From positions 224,001 through 288,000 of the forward strand of contig CBDCTZ010000005.1 of NCBI GenBank assembly GCA_965222375.1: a stretch of 64,000 nt of DNA, read 5' to 3'. The notes below the pieces were generated by a model. That model saw only the letters and a list, made by a program, of their open reading frames with translations. It did no database searches and had not been told where the DNA came from. Shown here one piece after another: positions 29,496-38,675 of this stretch (position 1 is its first letter; each line of letters starts with the position of its first letter). A program made the translations under genes and the position numbers. This DNA is from Polyangiaceae bacterium (GTDB taxonomy: Bacteria; Myxococcota_A; Polyangia; Polyangiales; Polyangiaceae).

Positions 29496-30452
29496 TCAGT
29501 TACAAGGTGTGGGCTTGAGGTTGGAGTCTTGGGCCACGTTGTTCGCGACGCCCTCGCGATGGATGACGATCCGGTCGATCAAGTGGAAGTCCGCGCGAGC
29601 TGAAAGCTCCAGCGTGTACGTACCGGCCTTGAATTCCGCATAGATCGGGTGACCGTCATTGTCGCTGGTGTTCGTGGACCAATTCCAGTTCGTGGCGCCC
29701 GAGCAGTACACCTTCATCCAGCCATCTTTCGTCGACCCGTTGGGGCATTTGGCATCGCTCACGCTGGGCAAAGCGTTGATGGACGCCATGAATGTGGTGT
29801 CCTCGCACTTGGGCTTGGGGTAACGCCGACTCTCGTTGTTCGGCGCGCCCTTCATGCCATAGTAGCTGTCCGCGTCGGGAAAGCGGACCCAGGTGTCGTT
29901 GTGTTCCGTGGTGTTCGTGCCCATGCCGATGCGACTCCGCCACTGCATGCGGTATCGCCCCGCTTGGTCGATGCCCAGCTTTACGTTGATGACCCCCAGC
30001 CCGGGGTTGTTGTTCTGACTCGACCCCGTCCACTGGATGTAGCCGCTGCCGTAGGCGCCCGGCTCTTTGTTGGCGGTCTGCCAATTGCCGCTCAGCTTCA
30101 GGGTCTCGGCCTCCATGACCAAGACACCGTTGCTGCCGACCTTGAAGTCACAGGCTGCGGGCGCGCCGCCACTACCGGCACTGCCGCCGCCACTGCCCGC
30201 ATTGCCGGCACTGCCGCCTCCACTGCCCGCACTGCCACCACCACTTCCAGCGCTCCCGCCGCCGCTGCCCGCCGTGCCCCCGCCGCTGCCCGCCGTGCCC
30301 CCGCCGCCCGCGCTGCCACTGCTGCCGGCGGCGCCACCACCCGTGCCGCCGGTTCCCGGCGGGCCACTGCCTTCGTCGTCACCCCCGCAAGCCACAAGCA
30401 ACAGGCCACTGGCCAATCCCACCAACGCTCGCATCCTCGCACCGTCCCTCAT
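29496..30452 (-). CDS. Lipoprotein with Gly linker and jelly-roll/carbohydrate-binding-like domain
   Basis: Lipobox LVAC; VMEAE, AGRYRMQWR, GTYTLELSAR...IDRIV. Confidence 0.78.
   Translation of the reverse strand: MRDGARMRALVGLASGLLLVACGGDDEGSGPPGTGGTGGGAAGSSGSAGGGGTAGSGGGTAGSGGGSAGSGGGSAGSGGGSAGNAGSGGGSAGSGGAPAACDFKVGSNGVLVMEAETLKLSGNWQTANKEPGAYGSGYIQWTGSSQNNNPGLGVINVKLGIDQAGRYRMQWRSRIGMGTNTTEHNDTWVRFPDADSYYGMKGAPNNESRRYPKPKCEDTTFMASINALPSVSDAKCPNGSTKDGWMKVYCSGATNWNWSTNTSDNDGHPIYAEFKAGTYTLELSARADFHLIDRIVIHREGVANNVAQDSNLKPTPCN
30171..30310 (-). repeat. Coding tandem repeat, about 21-bp unit (GSGGGSA/GSGGGTA)
   Basis: Near-identical units such as cccgccgtgcccccgccgctg. Confidence 0.7.
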
Positions 30453-30726
30453 CCCTGCAGTATACGCGCGGGGCGCGCCAAATGGGCCCGAAGCGAGATT
30501 AGGGCAGCCGCGTGACCCAAAGTCGCGACCCCAAACCCAACCCCAAGCCAAGGTTGAAAAATGCGACCCGGGGACTGAAACCGTGGCAGCCCCACGCCGT
30601 AGCTAGGGATAGAGCGGCTGCTGAAAGTGGTCGAGGCTCGAGGCGCTCTGAATTGGCCTTCCCCCCATCAATGCGGAGCGTTCCGGATCCCAGCAGTTTC
30701 AGCAGTCTTGCTCGCCTATTTTTCTG

Positions 30727-31615
30727 TCACAGATTGGCGTATTCGAGTTCAGCCACGATGGGAAAGTGATCCGACGGGTAGCGCGATTTGGGTCCGTAGA
30801 CGGTGAGATCTGCATGCCAGCGGATCGCCTTCCAGTGGGTCTTGTCGCCAGCAACGAAAATGTGGTCGATCCGGTCCGCGAGATCGTAGCTCGGAGTGGG
30901 CTCCTGATTGCTGATCACACTCCACTCGTCCGCCATGGCTTGAGTATCTCGGAACGCGAACCCATCCCCTGAGTCGGTGGTCAGGGTGTTCCAAGCCTCG
31001 ACACCGGGCTTGGAGTTGAAGTCACCCAGCATGACCACAGGCAGGGTCTTCGCGAAGGGAGCCGTACGCTCCTTGACCAAGGGAGCAGTCAGGGCCTGGC
31101 TCGGAGTGTTGTTGTCGAAGTGCGTCGTTGCGAAGTACGGCTCGCGATCGCCGGCCTTGTCTCGAAAACGTGCCCACACCACGAGGCGTGGAAGTTGATG
31201 CTTGGCGAAGCCGTTGCTGTTGGGAACGTCCGGGGTGGGGCTGAGCCAATACTCGCCACTGTCCAGCACGGAAAAGCGGCTCTTGCGGTAGAAAATCGCA
31301 GCGTCGGGGTAAGGCAAGGCGTCTTCGGGCACGTAGCTGACGGAACCTCGATCCGGGAGCCGATCCAACATCAGTCCTGCCCAAGGGGCCTAGCTCCTGG
31401 AGACCGATCAAATCCGGATCGTGACGCTCGAACACGTCGCGAAACATGTCCAAGCGCTCTTCCCAAGGGTCGTGTTCGGAGGTCGCGCACAGCGAGCACA
31501 GCACGTTGAACGTCATCACCGTCAGCGGCTCGGGGCCGCGCCTTGCGGCTTCTGGCTCGCCGTCGCCACAGCCGGCGAGCCAGAGGGCGAGAAGTGGCGC
31601 TGCGAGTCGGCTCAT
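30727..31615 (-). pseudogene. Endonuclease/exonuclease/phosphatase family lipoprotein with one frameshift
   Basis: VMTFNV...DLIGLQE in one frame; TTHFD, LGDFN, RIDHIF, PSDHFPI in another; shift near 31372-31390. Confidence 0.85.
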
Positions 31616-31756
31616 GGGCGGATTGTTCCATTCGGGCTGAGCGCAGTCACGTCCGGACGGCTCGGCAACAGGAGTCCGGACTTTGCTGACAAGCTGCGCT
31701 CGCTCGGGCTTTTTCCGCGCCAATAGCCGTGGACCATCGACGGCACGGGGCCTGCA

Positions 31757-32857
31757 ATGACTCCGGTCATGACTCTCCTCCGAAGCCTCGCGCTCACCGC
31801 TGTGCCAACCCTCGCCGTCTCCGTCGCCTGCGCCCCAGCCGCGGGGGGGCCAGACGATGAACCCAGCTCGGAGTTCGGCCGCAGCGCCGAACGCATCGGC
31901 AAGCTGACGTCGGCCCACTGCAAGATCAACGTGTCGGGCAAAGGTGCCAAGGACACGGAGACGGACTACATTGCCCGGGTCATCGCGTGCGAAAACACCG
32001 GCGCGGGTTTGGAGGCGCTCAAAGCGCAAGCCATCGCGGCTCGCAGCGTTGCTTACTACGAGATGGAGAAGGACGGCTCCATCTGCGACAGCCAGGCGTG
32101 CCAGGTCTACACCTGCAATAACAAACCCCAGGCGGTGCACTTTCAGGCCGCCGCCGAAACGGCTCAGCAATACCTAGCGAACTCGAGCATGCTGACCTAC
32201 GGCTTCTACGTTTCTGGAGACTCGAAAGTATCCGGCCCCGACTGTAAAGACGTCGGCGGATCCCTGACCAAGTACGTGACTTTCAACGACGGCAAGTCCG
32301 GCAAGAGCGTGACGCAAACCAAACTGGGCTACGTGGGCCCTGCCGGATTCGGCCAAAACCGCGGCTGCATGAGTCAGTACGGCATGCGCTGCTTGGAAGA
32401 TCAGGGTCGAGACCATCTAGGGATCTTGCGGTTCTATTACGGCGCTGACATCGAGGTGGTGACTGCACCCGGCTCCTGCGGTGTGAACACCCCGGGCAAC
32501 CCAGACCCGCAGCCAGATCCGCCTCCCGTGCCTCAGCCCAAGCCGGATCCGCCGGCGCCCGCAGGCAACTCTTGCCAGGGCCAATGTGGGGCGTCGAACC
32601 CCGTACCGAACTCGAGCCCTGAGTGCTACTGCGACACGGCGTGCACCAATGCCGGCGATTGCTGCGCCGATTACCAGAGCGTGTGCGGCGGTTCGTCCCC
32701 TCAGCCCACCCCACCTCAGCCCACTCCTCCCAAGACGGGAGGTAGTTGTGCCGGAGCGTGCGGTTCGGCGGAGGCAACCGCGGACGGCTGCTACTGCGAC
32801 ACCTCGTGTCTCGGCTTCGGCGATTGCTGTAGCGACTACGAGAACGTCTGCAAGTAG
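31757..32857 (+). CDS. SpoIID/LytB-domain lipoprotein with two somatomedin-B-like domains
   Basis: YIARVIACE, EALKAQAIAARS, CQVY, MSQYG, ILRFYY; two CYCDxxCxxxGDCCxDY modules. Confidence 0.88.
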   Translation: MTPVMTLLRSLALTAVPTLAVSVACAPAAGGPDDEPSSEFGRSAERIGKLTSAHCKINVSGKGAKDTETDYIARVIACENTGAGLEALKAQAIAARSVAYYEMEKDGSICDSQACQVYTCNNKPQAVHFQAAAETAQQYLANSSMLTYGFYVSGDSKVSGPDCKDVGGSLTKYVTFNDGKSGKSVTQTKLGYVGPAGFGQNRGCMSQYGMRCLEDQGRDHLGILRFYYGADIEVVTAPGSCGVNTPGNPDPQPDPPPVPQPKPDPPAPAGNSCQGQCGASNPVPNSSPECYCDTACTNAGDCCADYQSVCGGSSPQPTPPQPTPPKTGGSCAGACGSAEATADGCYCDTSCLGFGDCCSDYENVCK

Positions 32858-32957
32858 CCCCGGGCATACGCCAGCGGCGTCTGGGCCCTCCGCGCTGCGG
32901 CCAGCAAGCGCCGGGCGCAACTTGTCGCTGCCCGAACCCCGGTCTAAGCCGCAGCGT

Positions 32958-33392
32958 ATGAAACGGCTCGTGCTCTTCGGCGTCATGCTCACCCCGGCGT
33001 TCGGCTGCAACAAGTCCAGCGACCCGAAGCCGACAACGGCAACGCCCAGCGAGCCCGCGGCGACCGCGACGGCGTCGCAGCCCAGCGCCAAGCCCGCAAG
33101 CCCCTCAGATCCGATACCAGATCCCATCACGCACCCCTGCGCGGTGTCGGCGGCCCAGTACGGCATCGCCATCGACAAGGGCGAAACCAACTGCACCACC
33201 GATGCGGATTGCGGCTGCTACCAGGGCGGCATTGGGCGTAAGAGCGGCTGCGGCGGCGTGCTCAACAAAGACAGCGTCGCGAAGCTGGCCAAGATCGCCA
33301 AAGAGTTCCACGCGGACGGCTGCAAGCTCACCCAGCAGTGCGCAGCCTGGGCCTGTCAGCCCAAGTGTGACAACGGCACCTGCCGCAAGTAG
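32958..33392 (+). CDS. Small Cys-rich lipoprotein
   Basis: Lipobox AFGC; CTTDADC...CDNGTC. Confidence 0.8.
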   Translation: MKRLVLFGVMLTPAFGCNKSSDPKPTTATPSEPAATATASQPSAKPASPSDPIPDPITHPCAVSAAQYGIAIDKGETNCTTDADCGCYQGGIGRKSGCGGVLNKDSVAKLAKIAKEFHADGCKLTQQCAAWACQPKCDNGTCRK

Positions 33393-33396
33393 CGCG

Positions 33397-34440
33397 TTAC
33401 TTCAGATAGCAATCTGGCTCGGTCTTCAGATCCGTCAGGGGCGCTGCCAGGGTGTGAATGGAGATGTCGTCGTTGTATTGAATGCCCTGGTTGGTGGTGG
33501 CACTCGCGTACATGCCCCAATGGGCGCGTGTCAGTTTCGTCCCGGGGTTTCCCGAAAGCTGCGTTACGTCTGCCTTCAGCACGGCGACACCGTCCTGCCA
33601 CACCTGCACCGTGCCCGTGGTGCCCTGGTAGTGCAGATAAGCAGTGAAGCGCACCCACTTCTTGAGCGGGAAGTCTGGCTGAGGCTTGGGCCCGAGGTAG
33701 GTGCCACTGAAGGGCGACGTGTGCGCGAATTCGAGCTTCTTGTTGCGCACGCTCATGGTGTGAAGCGCCCACTTGCCCTTGCCGCCGTCTTCGTTGCCCC
33801 AGGTGCCAAAGTGGATCCACTCACTTTGGGACATCTTGGAGTAATCCGCGTCCAGGTAGACCCAGAATGTATTGACCAAGGGTGTGTTCTGACTCGTGTG
33901 CAACACCGGGTAGGCGCGATGACTCGAGACCGCCGCTCCCGTGATCCAGCCTTTGTAAGCCTTGTTGCCACTTAGCACGGGCTCACCGCTGCTCTTGTCG
34001 ATGATAGACCAAGCACTGGAGCGCCCCGAAGGCATGCTGCCGTTCGCCGAGTACGAACCATTGTCGTAGTTGAGGAACTCCCCAGGAAAGCCCGTCTCGA
34101 ATCCACTGCTCCAAACTTTAGTGCACCCGGCGCCGACGTTGCCGCCGCCGCCACCGGTGCCCGAACCACCGGTGCCCGAGCCGCCCGTACCAGAACCGCC
34201 CGTTCCCGCACCGCCCGTTCCCGAACCGCCCGTTCCCGTTCCAGAGCTGCCGCCGCTGCTCGCCCCCGCACTGGCGCCAGTGCCCGCGCTACCTCCTACA
34301 GCACCTGCGCCACCGGTGTTGGAACCCGCGCTGCCCGCGCTGCCTCCCGAGGCGGGCGACCCCGAATCGTCCGACCCCCCGCAGCCAACCGCTACGACCA
34401 GTACCGTGCCCACTGCCCCAAGTCGCCCAAGCATGTTCAT
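33397..34440 (-). CDS. Lipoprotein with polysaccharide-lyase/ConA-like domain
   Basis: Lipobox AVGC; GTGGS repeats; SGFETG, KWVRFTAY, GTVQVWQDG, YNDDISI. Confidence 0.78.
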   Translation of the reverse strand: MNMLGRLGAVGTVLVVAVGCGGSDDSGSPASGGSAGSAGSNTGGAGAVGGSAGTGASAGASSGGSSGTGTGGSGTGGAGTGGSGTGGSGTGGSGTGGGGGNVGAGCTKVWSSGFETGFPGEFLNYDNGSYSANGSMPSGRSSAWSIIDKSSGEPVLSGNKAYKGWITGAAVSSHRAYPVLHTSQNTPLVNTFWVYLDADYSKMSQSEWIHFGTWGNEDGGKGKWALHTMSVRNKKLEFAHTSPFSGTYLGPKPQPDFPLKKWVRFTAYLHYQGTTGTVQVWQDGVAVLKADVTQLSGNPGTKLTRAHWGMYASATTNQGIQYNDDISIHTLAAPLTDLKTEPDCYLK

Positions 34441-34510
34441 GTCGCGCCTCCACAAGCATTGTTTCCGCGACCCTCCTGCGGGTCAAATGCCCCGCTCGTG
34501 GTCGGGACTG

Positions 34511-35131
34511 CTACAACTTGGTCTTGCGCTGGGGCTCGGGCTTTTCCGCCTCACCTACTTTGCTCACGCCCGGGCCAGCTGATGCCGCGGCCTTCTTCAC
34601 CGCGGGCTGCTCGCCGAGCTGGGCGCTGACTTGGCTGCGATCTGCCGGCGGCCACTGGGAGTGCAAAAGGTCGAGCCGCTCGATCAATTCCGCCGTCCCG
34701 AAGTACTCGCCCGCGCACGGCACATGGATGAACCCGATCGGGTTCATGCGTCCGTCTTCGAACATGGCTAGGGATAGGCGCCAGGCTTCTTTTTCGATCA
34801 GCTCGCGGCAGGAGCGACAGCGCGCCCGACCGCTGGGAGCGCGCTCGGCGCGCATCAGGCGAGGCAGTCGACGCACCTGCCCGCCGACGCGTGCCAGCTC
34901 CGTCAACGCGCCACGATCGGGCATGTCGGCGTCGCTTGCTTCCAATGTGGGCAGGAAGGGTTCTGGACGCATCAGCGCGGCGCATTGCAGGTGGAACCAA
35001 TAGGTCGCCTCACCATCCCCGAAGGGGTTGTCGACGCGTTCACCGAAGCGTAGCTCGGCTTTGGGGATCTTGTCGCCACAACCGCGACAACTGCTGCGGC
35101 CGCTGCTGGCGGCTTCGATGCAATGGGCCAC
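34511..35131 (-). CDS. Tandem PARP-type zinc finger protein
   Basis: IEAASSGRSSCRGC..KIPKAELRFG..WFHLQC and AERAPSGRARCRSC..IEKEAWRL..FIHVPC. Confidence 0.88.
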   Translation of the reverse strand: MAHCIEAASSGRSSCRGCGDKIPKAELRFGERVDNPFGDGEATYWFHLQCAALMRPEPFLPTLEASDADMPDRGALTELARVGGQVRRLPRLMRAERAPSGRARCRSCRELIEKEAWRLSLAMFEDGRMNPIGFIHVPCAGEYFGTAELIERLDLLHSQWPPADRSQVSAQLGEQPAVKKAAASAGPGVSKVGEAEKPEPQRKTKL

Positions 35132-35188
35132 GCGAAATTGAACCGTGGCGGCATCCCCGCGGCCAAATTTGTTCCGCCCTCAGGGCTG

Positions 35189-36154
35189 CTAGCGCTGGTG
35201 GGCGGCAAAGAAATCGAAGATGGCGCGGGTGGCGTCCAGGTCTTGGCTCACGCGCCCTACCGCCTTCTTGGGCAGGTACTGCTTGCCCCGGGGCCAGGTG
35301 TGGCCCCCGCCCTCCACGCGATACAGCCACACGCGGCTGCCCTCGGCGCAGCCCTCGTGGCCTTCCAGGTGAACGCGAGTCCCATCGCCGGGATCGTGAT
35401 CTGGCAAGGCCTGACTCGGTCGCACCGTCTTGCAGCGGTTCTTCTCCGCCCACCATTTGATGGTGTCGTCGGTCGGCAGCACCACCCCACGCGCCCGGAA
35501 GAACAATCGCACCTGCCCGCCGCCGTAGGGAACCAAGGGGTCCTTGGTCCCATTGATCACGACAACCGAGACCGGGCGCTTCGGCTCCTCGACGAATAAC
35601 GCTTCTGGCAGGTTCGCCGTGACGGGCGCAATCGCGGCAATCCGCTCGGATAGTTGCGCAGCCAGTGCGTAGGACATGTGCCCGCCGTTGGAGATCCCAG
35701 TGACATAGACGCGAGACAGATCGATACCGTGCGCCTGATGCATGCGGTCGATCAGCGCGGAGATGAACCCAACATCGTCCACCCCCAGGCGCTCCCTGCC
35801 CAGAGCGTCGACCGGCGAGCGCCCATCATTCCAGCCCCTGGCTACGCCTTCCGGAAACACCAGGACCCAGCCCCGAGCGTCGGCCTCGCGAGACAGCTGG
35901 TAGTTGGTCAGCATGTTGAAGTTGCCACCGTTGCCGCCACCACCGTGGAGCGCGATGATCAAGGGCACGGCGCGGTCTTTGCGATGCCCTGGCGGTAGGT
36001 GCAAATAGTACGTGCGCTGCCTGCCCTGAAACGCGAGGCTGTGGCGGTCCAGACCGGCCTGCACCTGGCGTCGTCGCAGCACGAGAGCCACCACCAGCGC
36101 CGTGACGATGACGGCGGCGATCCCTGCCACCTTCAAGAGCCTCCGCCGCACCAT
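35189..36154 (-). CDS. LpqC/PHB depolymerase-family esterase
   Basis: ALHGGG, DDVGFI, GISNGG, GTKDPLVPY, GGGHTWP. Confidence 0.92.
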   Translation of the reverse strand: MVRRRLLKVAGIAAVIVTALVVALVLRRRQVQAGLDRHSLAFQGRQRTYYLHLPPGHRKDRAVPLIIALHGGGGNGGNFNMLTNYQLSREADARGWVLVFPEGVARGWNDGRSPVDALGRERLGVDDVGFISALIDRMHQAHGIDLSRVYVTGISNGGHMSYALAAQLSERIAAIAPVTANLPEALFVEEPKRPVSVVVINGTKDPLVPYGGGQVRLFFRARGVVLPTDDTIKWWAEKNRCKTVRPSQALPDHDPGDGTRVHLEGHEGCAEGSRVWLYRVEGGGHTWPRGKQYLPKKAVGRVSQDLDATRAIFDFFAAHQR

Positions 36155-36214
36155 GGCACCAACTTGTCAATTGCTACGGCCCGCAGCAAGCATCGCGTGC
36201 TAGTCCTCCCTGCC

Positions 36215-37081
36215 ATGAGCCAAGTCCTGGAAGAGCTCGTGCAGTTGCTCACCCTCGAGCGCATCGAAGAAAATCTGTTCCGTGGCCAAAGCCAAGATCT
36301 CGGCTGGGGCAACGTGTTCGGCGGCCAAGTCCTGGGTCAAGCCTTGTCGGCCGCCGAGCAGACCGTAGGTGAGTCGCGAAGCGTTCACTCCTTTCACAGC
36401 TACTTCATGCGCACCGGGGATGCGTCCAAACCCATCGTCTACGACGTGGACTGTATTCGTGACGGCCGCACCTTCACCACACGGCGTGTCGTAGCCATTC
36501 AGAACGGCAAGGCGATCTTCAGCATGGCCGCCTCCTTTCAAGTGCCGGAGGAAGGGTTCGACCACCACGCCGACAAGCCAGACGCACCCAGCCCGGACGG
36601 TCTCAAGTCGGAAGCCGATCTTGCTCGGGAAGCGGCGGACCGGATCCCGGAGATCTTGCGGGAGCGAGCCCTGGCGGAGAAACCCATCGAGATCCGTCCG
36701 GTGAATCCCCAAAACCCGCTCAAGCCCGACAAGCAGCCGCCAGAGCGTCGAGTCTGGTACCGCGCTGCCGCCCGGTTGCCTGACCGGCCATCGGTGCACC
36801 AATACCTCCTCGCCTACGCGTCGGACTTCAACCTGGTCGGAACGTCCATGCAGCCTCATGGCGTCAGCTGGCTCACGCCGCGCATGCAGGTCGCTAGCCT
36901 GGATCATGCGATGTACTTTCATCGCCCGTTTCGGGTCGACGAGTGGCTGCTCTACGTCACCGATAGCCCGAGCGCGTCGGGCGGTCGGGGCTTCGCCCGG
37001 GGCCAGTTCTTCACCCAAGACGGCACACTGGTCGCCTCCACGATTCAGGAAGGACTGATCCGCCAGTGGCCCGAGAAGTAG
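36215..37081 (+). CDS. tesB: Acyl-CoA thioesterase II
   Basis: VFGGQVLGQAL, RDGRTFTTRRV, LAYASD, ASLDHAMYFH, QEGLIR. Confidence 0.96.
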   Translation: MSQVLEELVQLLTLERIEENLFRGQSQDLGWGNVFGGQVLGQALSAAEQTVGESRSVHSFHSYFMRTGDASKPIVYDVDCIRDGRTFTTRRVVAIQNGKAIFSMAASFQVPEEGFDHHADKPDAPSPDGLKSEADLAREAADRIPEILRERALAEKPIEIRPVNPQNPLKPDKQPPERRVWYRAAARLPDRPSVHQYLLAYASDFNLVGTSMQPHGVSWLTPRMQVASLDHAMYFHRPFRVDEWLLYVTDSPSASGGRGFARGQFFTQDGTLVASTIQEGLIRQWPEK

Positions 37082-37389
37082 CGCGCAGCGCCCTGTTCGT
37101 TTCGTTGCTGGGAGCGATGGCGATGGCGGGCTGCAGCAAGGAGCTGTGCCGCGGCACGGAGCTCGCCAAGGTGAAAACCGCCGCCGAAGAAAAGGCCGCC
37201 ATGCACCGGTTCTGGAAATCCTGCCGCCCCCTGACCATTCGCGCTATGGACGCGAAGAATAGACAGATCCCGTTTTCGGACCCGCACTGGCAGAGCAAGG
37301 TCCACCACATCCAGCTCTCCGGCGGCGCCAGCGCCTTCGATCACACGGTGATCGACGCCAAAAACGTGCTCCTGATGATGGGCGAGTGA
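37066..37389 (+). CDS. Small lipoprotein
   Basis: Lipobox MAGC; start overlaps the tesB end; GC3-rich. Confidence 0.6.
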   Translation: MAREVARSALFVSLLGAMAMAGCSKELCRGTELAKVKTAAEEKAAMHRFWKSCRPLTIRAMDAKNRQIPFSDPHWQSKVHHIQLSGGASAFDHTVIDAKNVLLMMGE

Positions 37390-37460
37390 ACCTGCCGTGC
37401 CTTGCGGCCCGCTCGAGCCTGCAGCAGTAACTATTTGATTTTATTCTTTAATTTAGCCAC

Positions 37461-37495
37461 TTGCCAAAATTTATTAAATGATTAATTAATTACCC
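37461..37495 (+). promoter_or_regulatory. Promoter with probable TetR operator
   Basis: TTGCCA at 37461; inverted repeat AATTTATTAA-ATGA-TTAATTAATT (37468-37491, 9/10 match) ending 4 nt before the tetR ATG. Confidence 0.7.
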
Positions 37496-38110
37496 ATGGC
37501 CAGGCCTCCGGACGCCGATCCCGACCGCACCAAGCAGGCGATCCTGCAAGCCGCACTGCACGCTTTCGGCATGGGCGGCCTGTCTGGCACCCGGATCCGG
37601 GAGATCGCCCAAAGCGCCGGCGTCACTGACGCGAGCGTGCATCACTACTTCGGCACCAAGGAATCCCTGTACGAAGCGTGCCTGGACGCGAGCTTCCAAC
37701 AGATGTTTGCCATCGGCCAGCAAATGGTCGCTCACCTCGCGGACGTGCCGGAAGCGGAACGCGTGGTCGCGGCAGTGCAGTTCCTCGCGCGACAGGCCCG
37801 TCAACAACCCGAGCGCAGTCGCTTCTTGCTCCGAGCTTTTCTATTCGAGGAGTCCGAGTCCGTGCAACGGCGAACCGCAGCAGCCCAGCGTGAAATCGTG
37901 CAGGCCGCTTCCGGACTCGTCGCCGACGACCCGCGTTTCGGTCGTCGCTTGCCGCTGATTGCCCTGGGCGTGCTGATCACGCGTTTCGCCCTGGCCTCGG
38001 AACAAGAGTGTTCTCTCATCGGCGAGGAAGTCGGTGATCCCGCTGCCGCCTTTGAAGCCTACCTGACCACCGTCGCCGAACAGACTTTGATCCCACGGAA
38101 AGACTCATGA
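37496..38110 (+). CDS. TetR/AcrR family regulator
   Basis: ILQAALHAF...TRIREIAQSAGVTDASVHHYFGTKESLY. Confidence 0.93.
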   Translation: MARPPDADPDRTKQAILQAALHAFGMGGLSGTRIREIAQSAGVTDASVHHYFGTKESLYEACLDASFQQMFAIGQQMVAHLADVPEAERVVAAVQFLARQARQQPERSRFLLRAFLFEESESVQRRTAAAQREIVQAASGLVADDPRFGRRLPLIALGVLITRFALASEQECSLIGEEVGDPAAAFEAYLTTVAEQTLIPRKDS

Positions 38111-38664
38111 ACATCACGAAGAAACAAATTCGCCTCGGGGCGACTGGCGTGGTCGTCGTCGGCCTTGCTGCGGTGGGTATTTGGCTGGTGCAAACCGAGC
38201 GCCTCGGCTCGGAACAGCTCGGCGCCTGGGTCTCCGCATTGGGTTGTTGGTCGGCACCAACGTTCATTCTGAGCTTCGTCATCGGCGAGTTGCTCTACGT
38301 GCCGGGAGCGCTTTTCGTCGGCGCCGCGCGGCTGTCCTTTGGGCCTGCCTGGGGCGTGTTGCTGGCCTATGTGGGCGCCTTGGCGGCCATCACCGTGCCG
38401 TTCTTGCTCGCGCGCTACGCTCGCGGCTTCGCAGAGCCGGCCTACCGCCCGCGCTTTTCCTTTCTGCGCCGCGCCTTGGAGCGGGTCGAAACTCGACCAA
38501 TCCAGAGCATGGTGCTCTTGCGTACGGTGCTGTTCCTATCGCCTCCCCTCAACTACGCGCTGGCCTTCACGGGCGTGCGCACCCGCGACTACGTGCTCGG
38601 TTCGGCGATTGGCCTGGCCCTGCCCATCTCCGTGGTGACCTTCGGCGTAGGGTGGCTGCTGTGA
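38107..38664 (+). CDS. TVP38/TMEM64 (DedA/SNARE-associated) membrane protein
   Basis: Hydrophobic; LLR...LNYALAFTGVRTRDYVLGSAIG; ATGA overlap with tetR. Confidence 0.88.
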   Translation: MNITKKQIRLGATGVVVVGLAAVGIWLVQTERLGSEQLGAWVSALGCWSAPTFILSFVIGELLYVPGALFVGAARLSFGPAWGVLLAYVGALAAITVPFLLARYARGFAEPAYRPRFSFLRRALERVETRPIQSMVLLRTVLFLSPPLNYALAFTGVRTRDYVLGSAIGLALPISVVTFGVGWLL

Positions 38665-38675
38665 GCGCTGCGACC

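Noticed and set aside
31371..31373. TGA near the EEP break as a recoding site
   Set aside because: It is in the third frame; the two coding halves are in different frames, so read-through would not join them
34150..34240. 15-bp tandem repeats as a phase-variable locus
   Set aside because: In-frame, synonymously diverged GTGGS linker codons; ordinary for these lipoproteins
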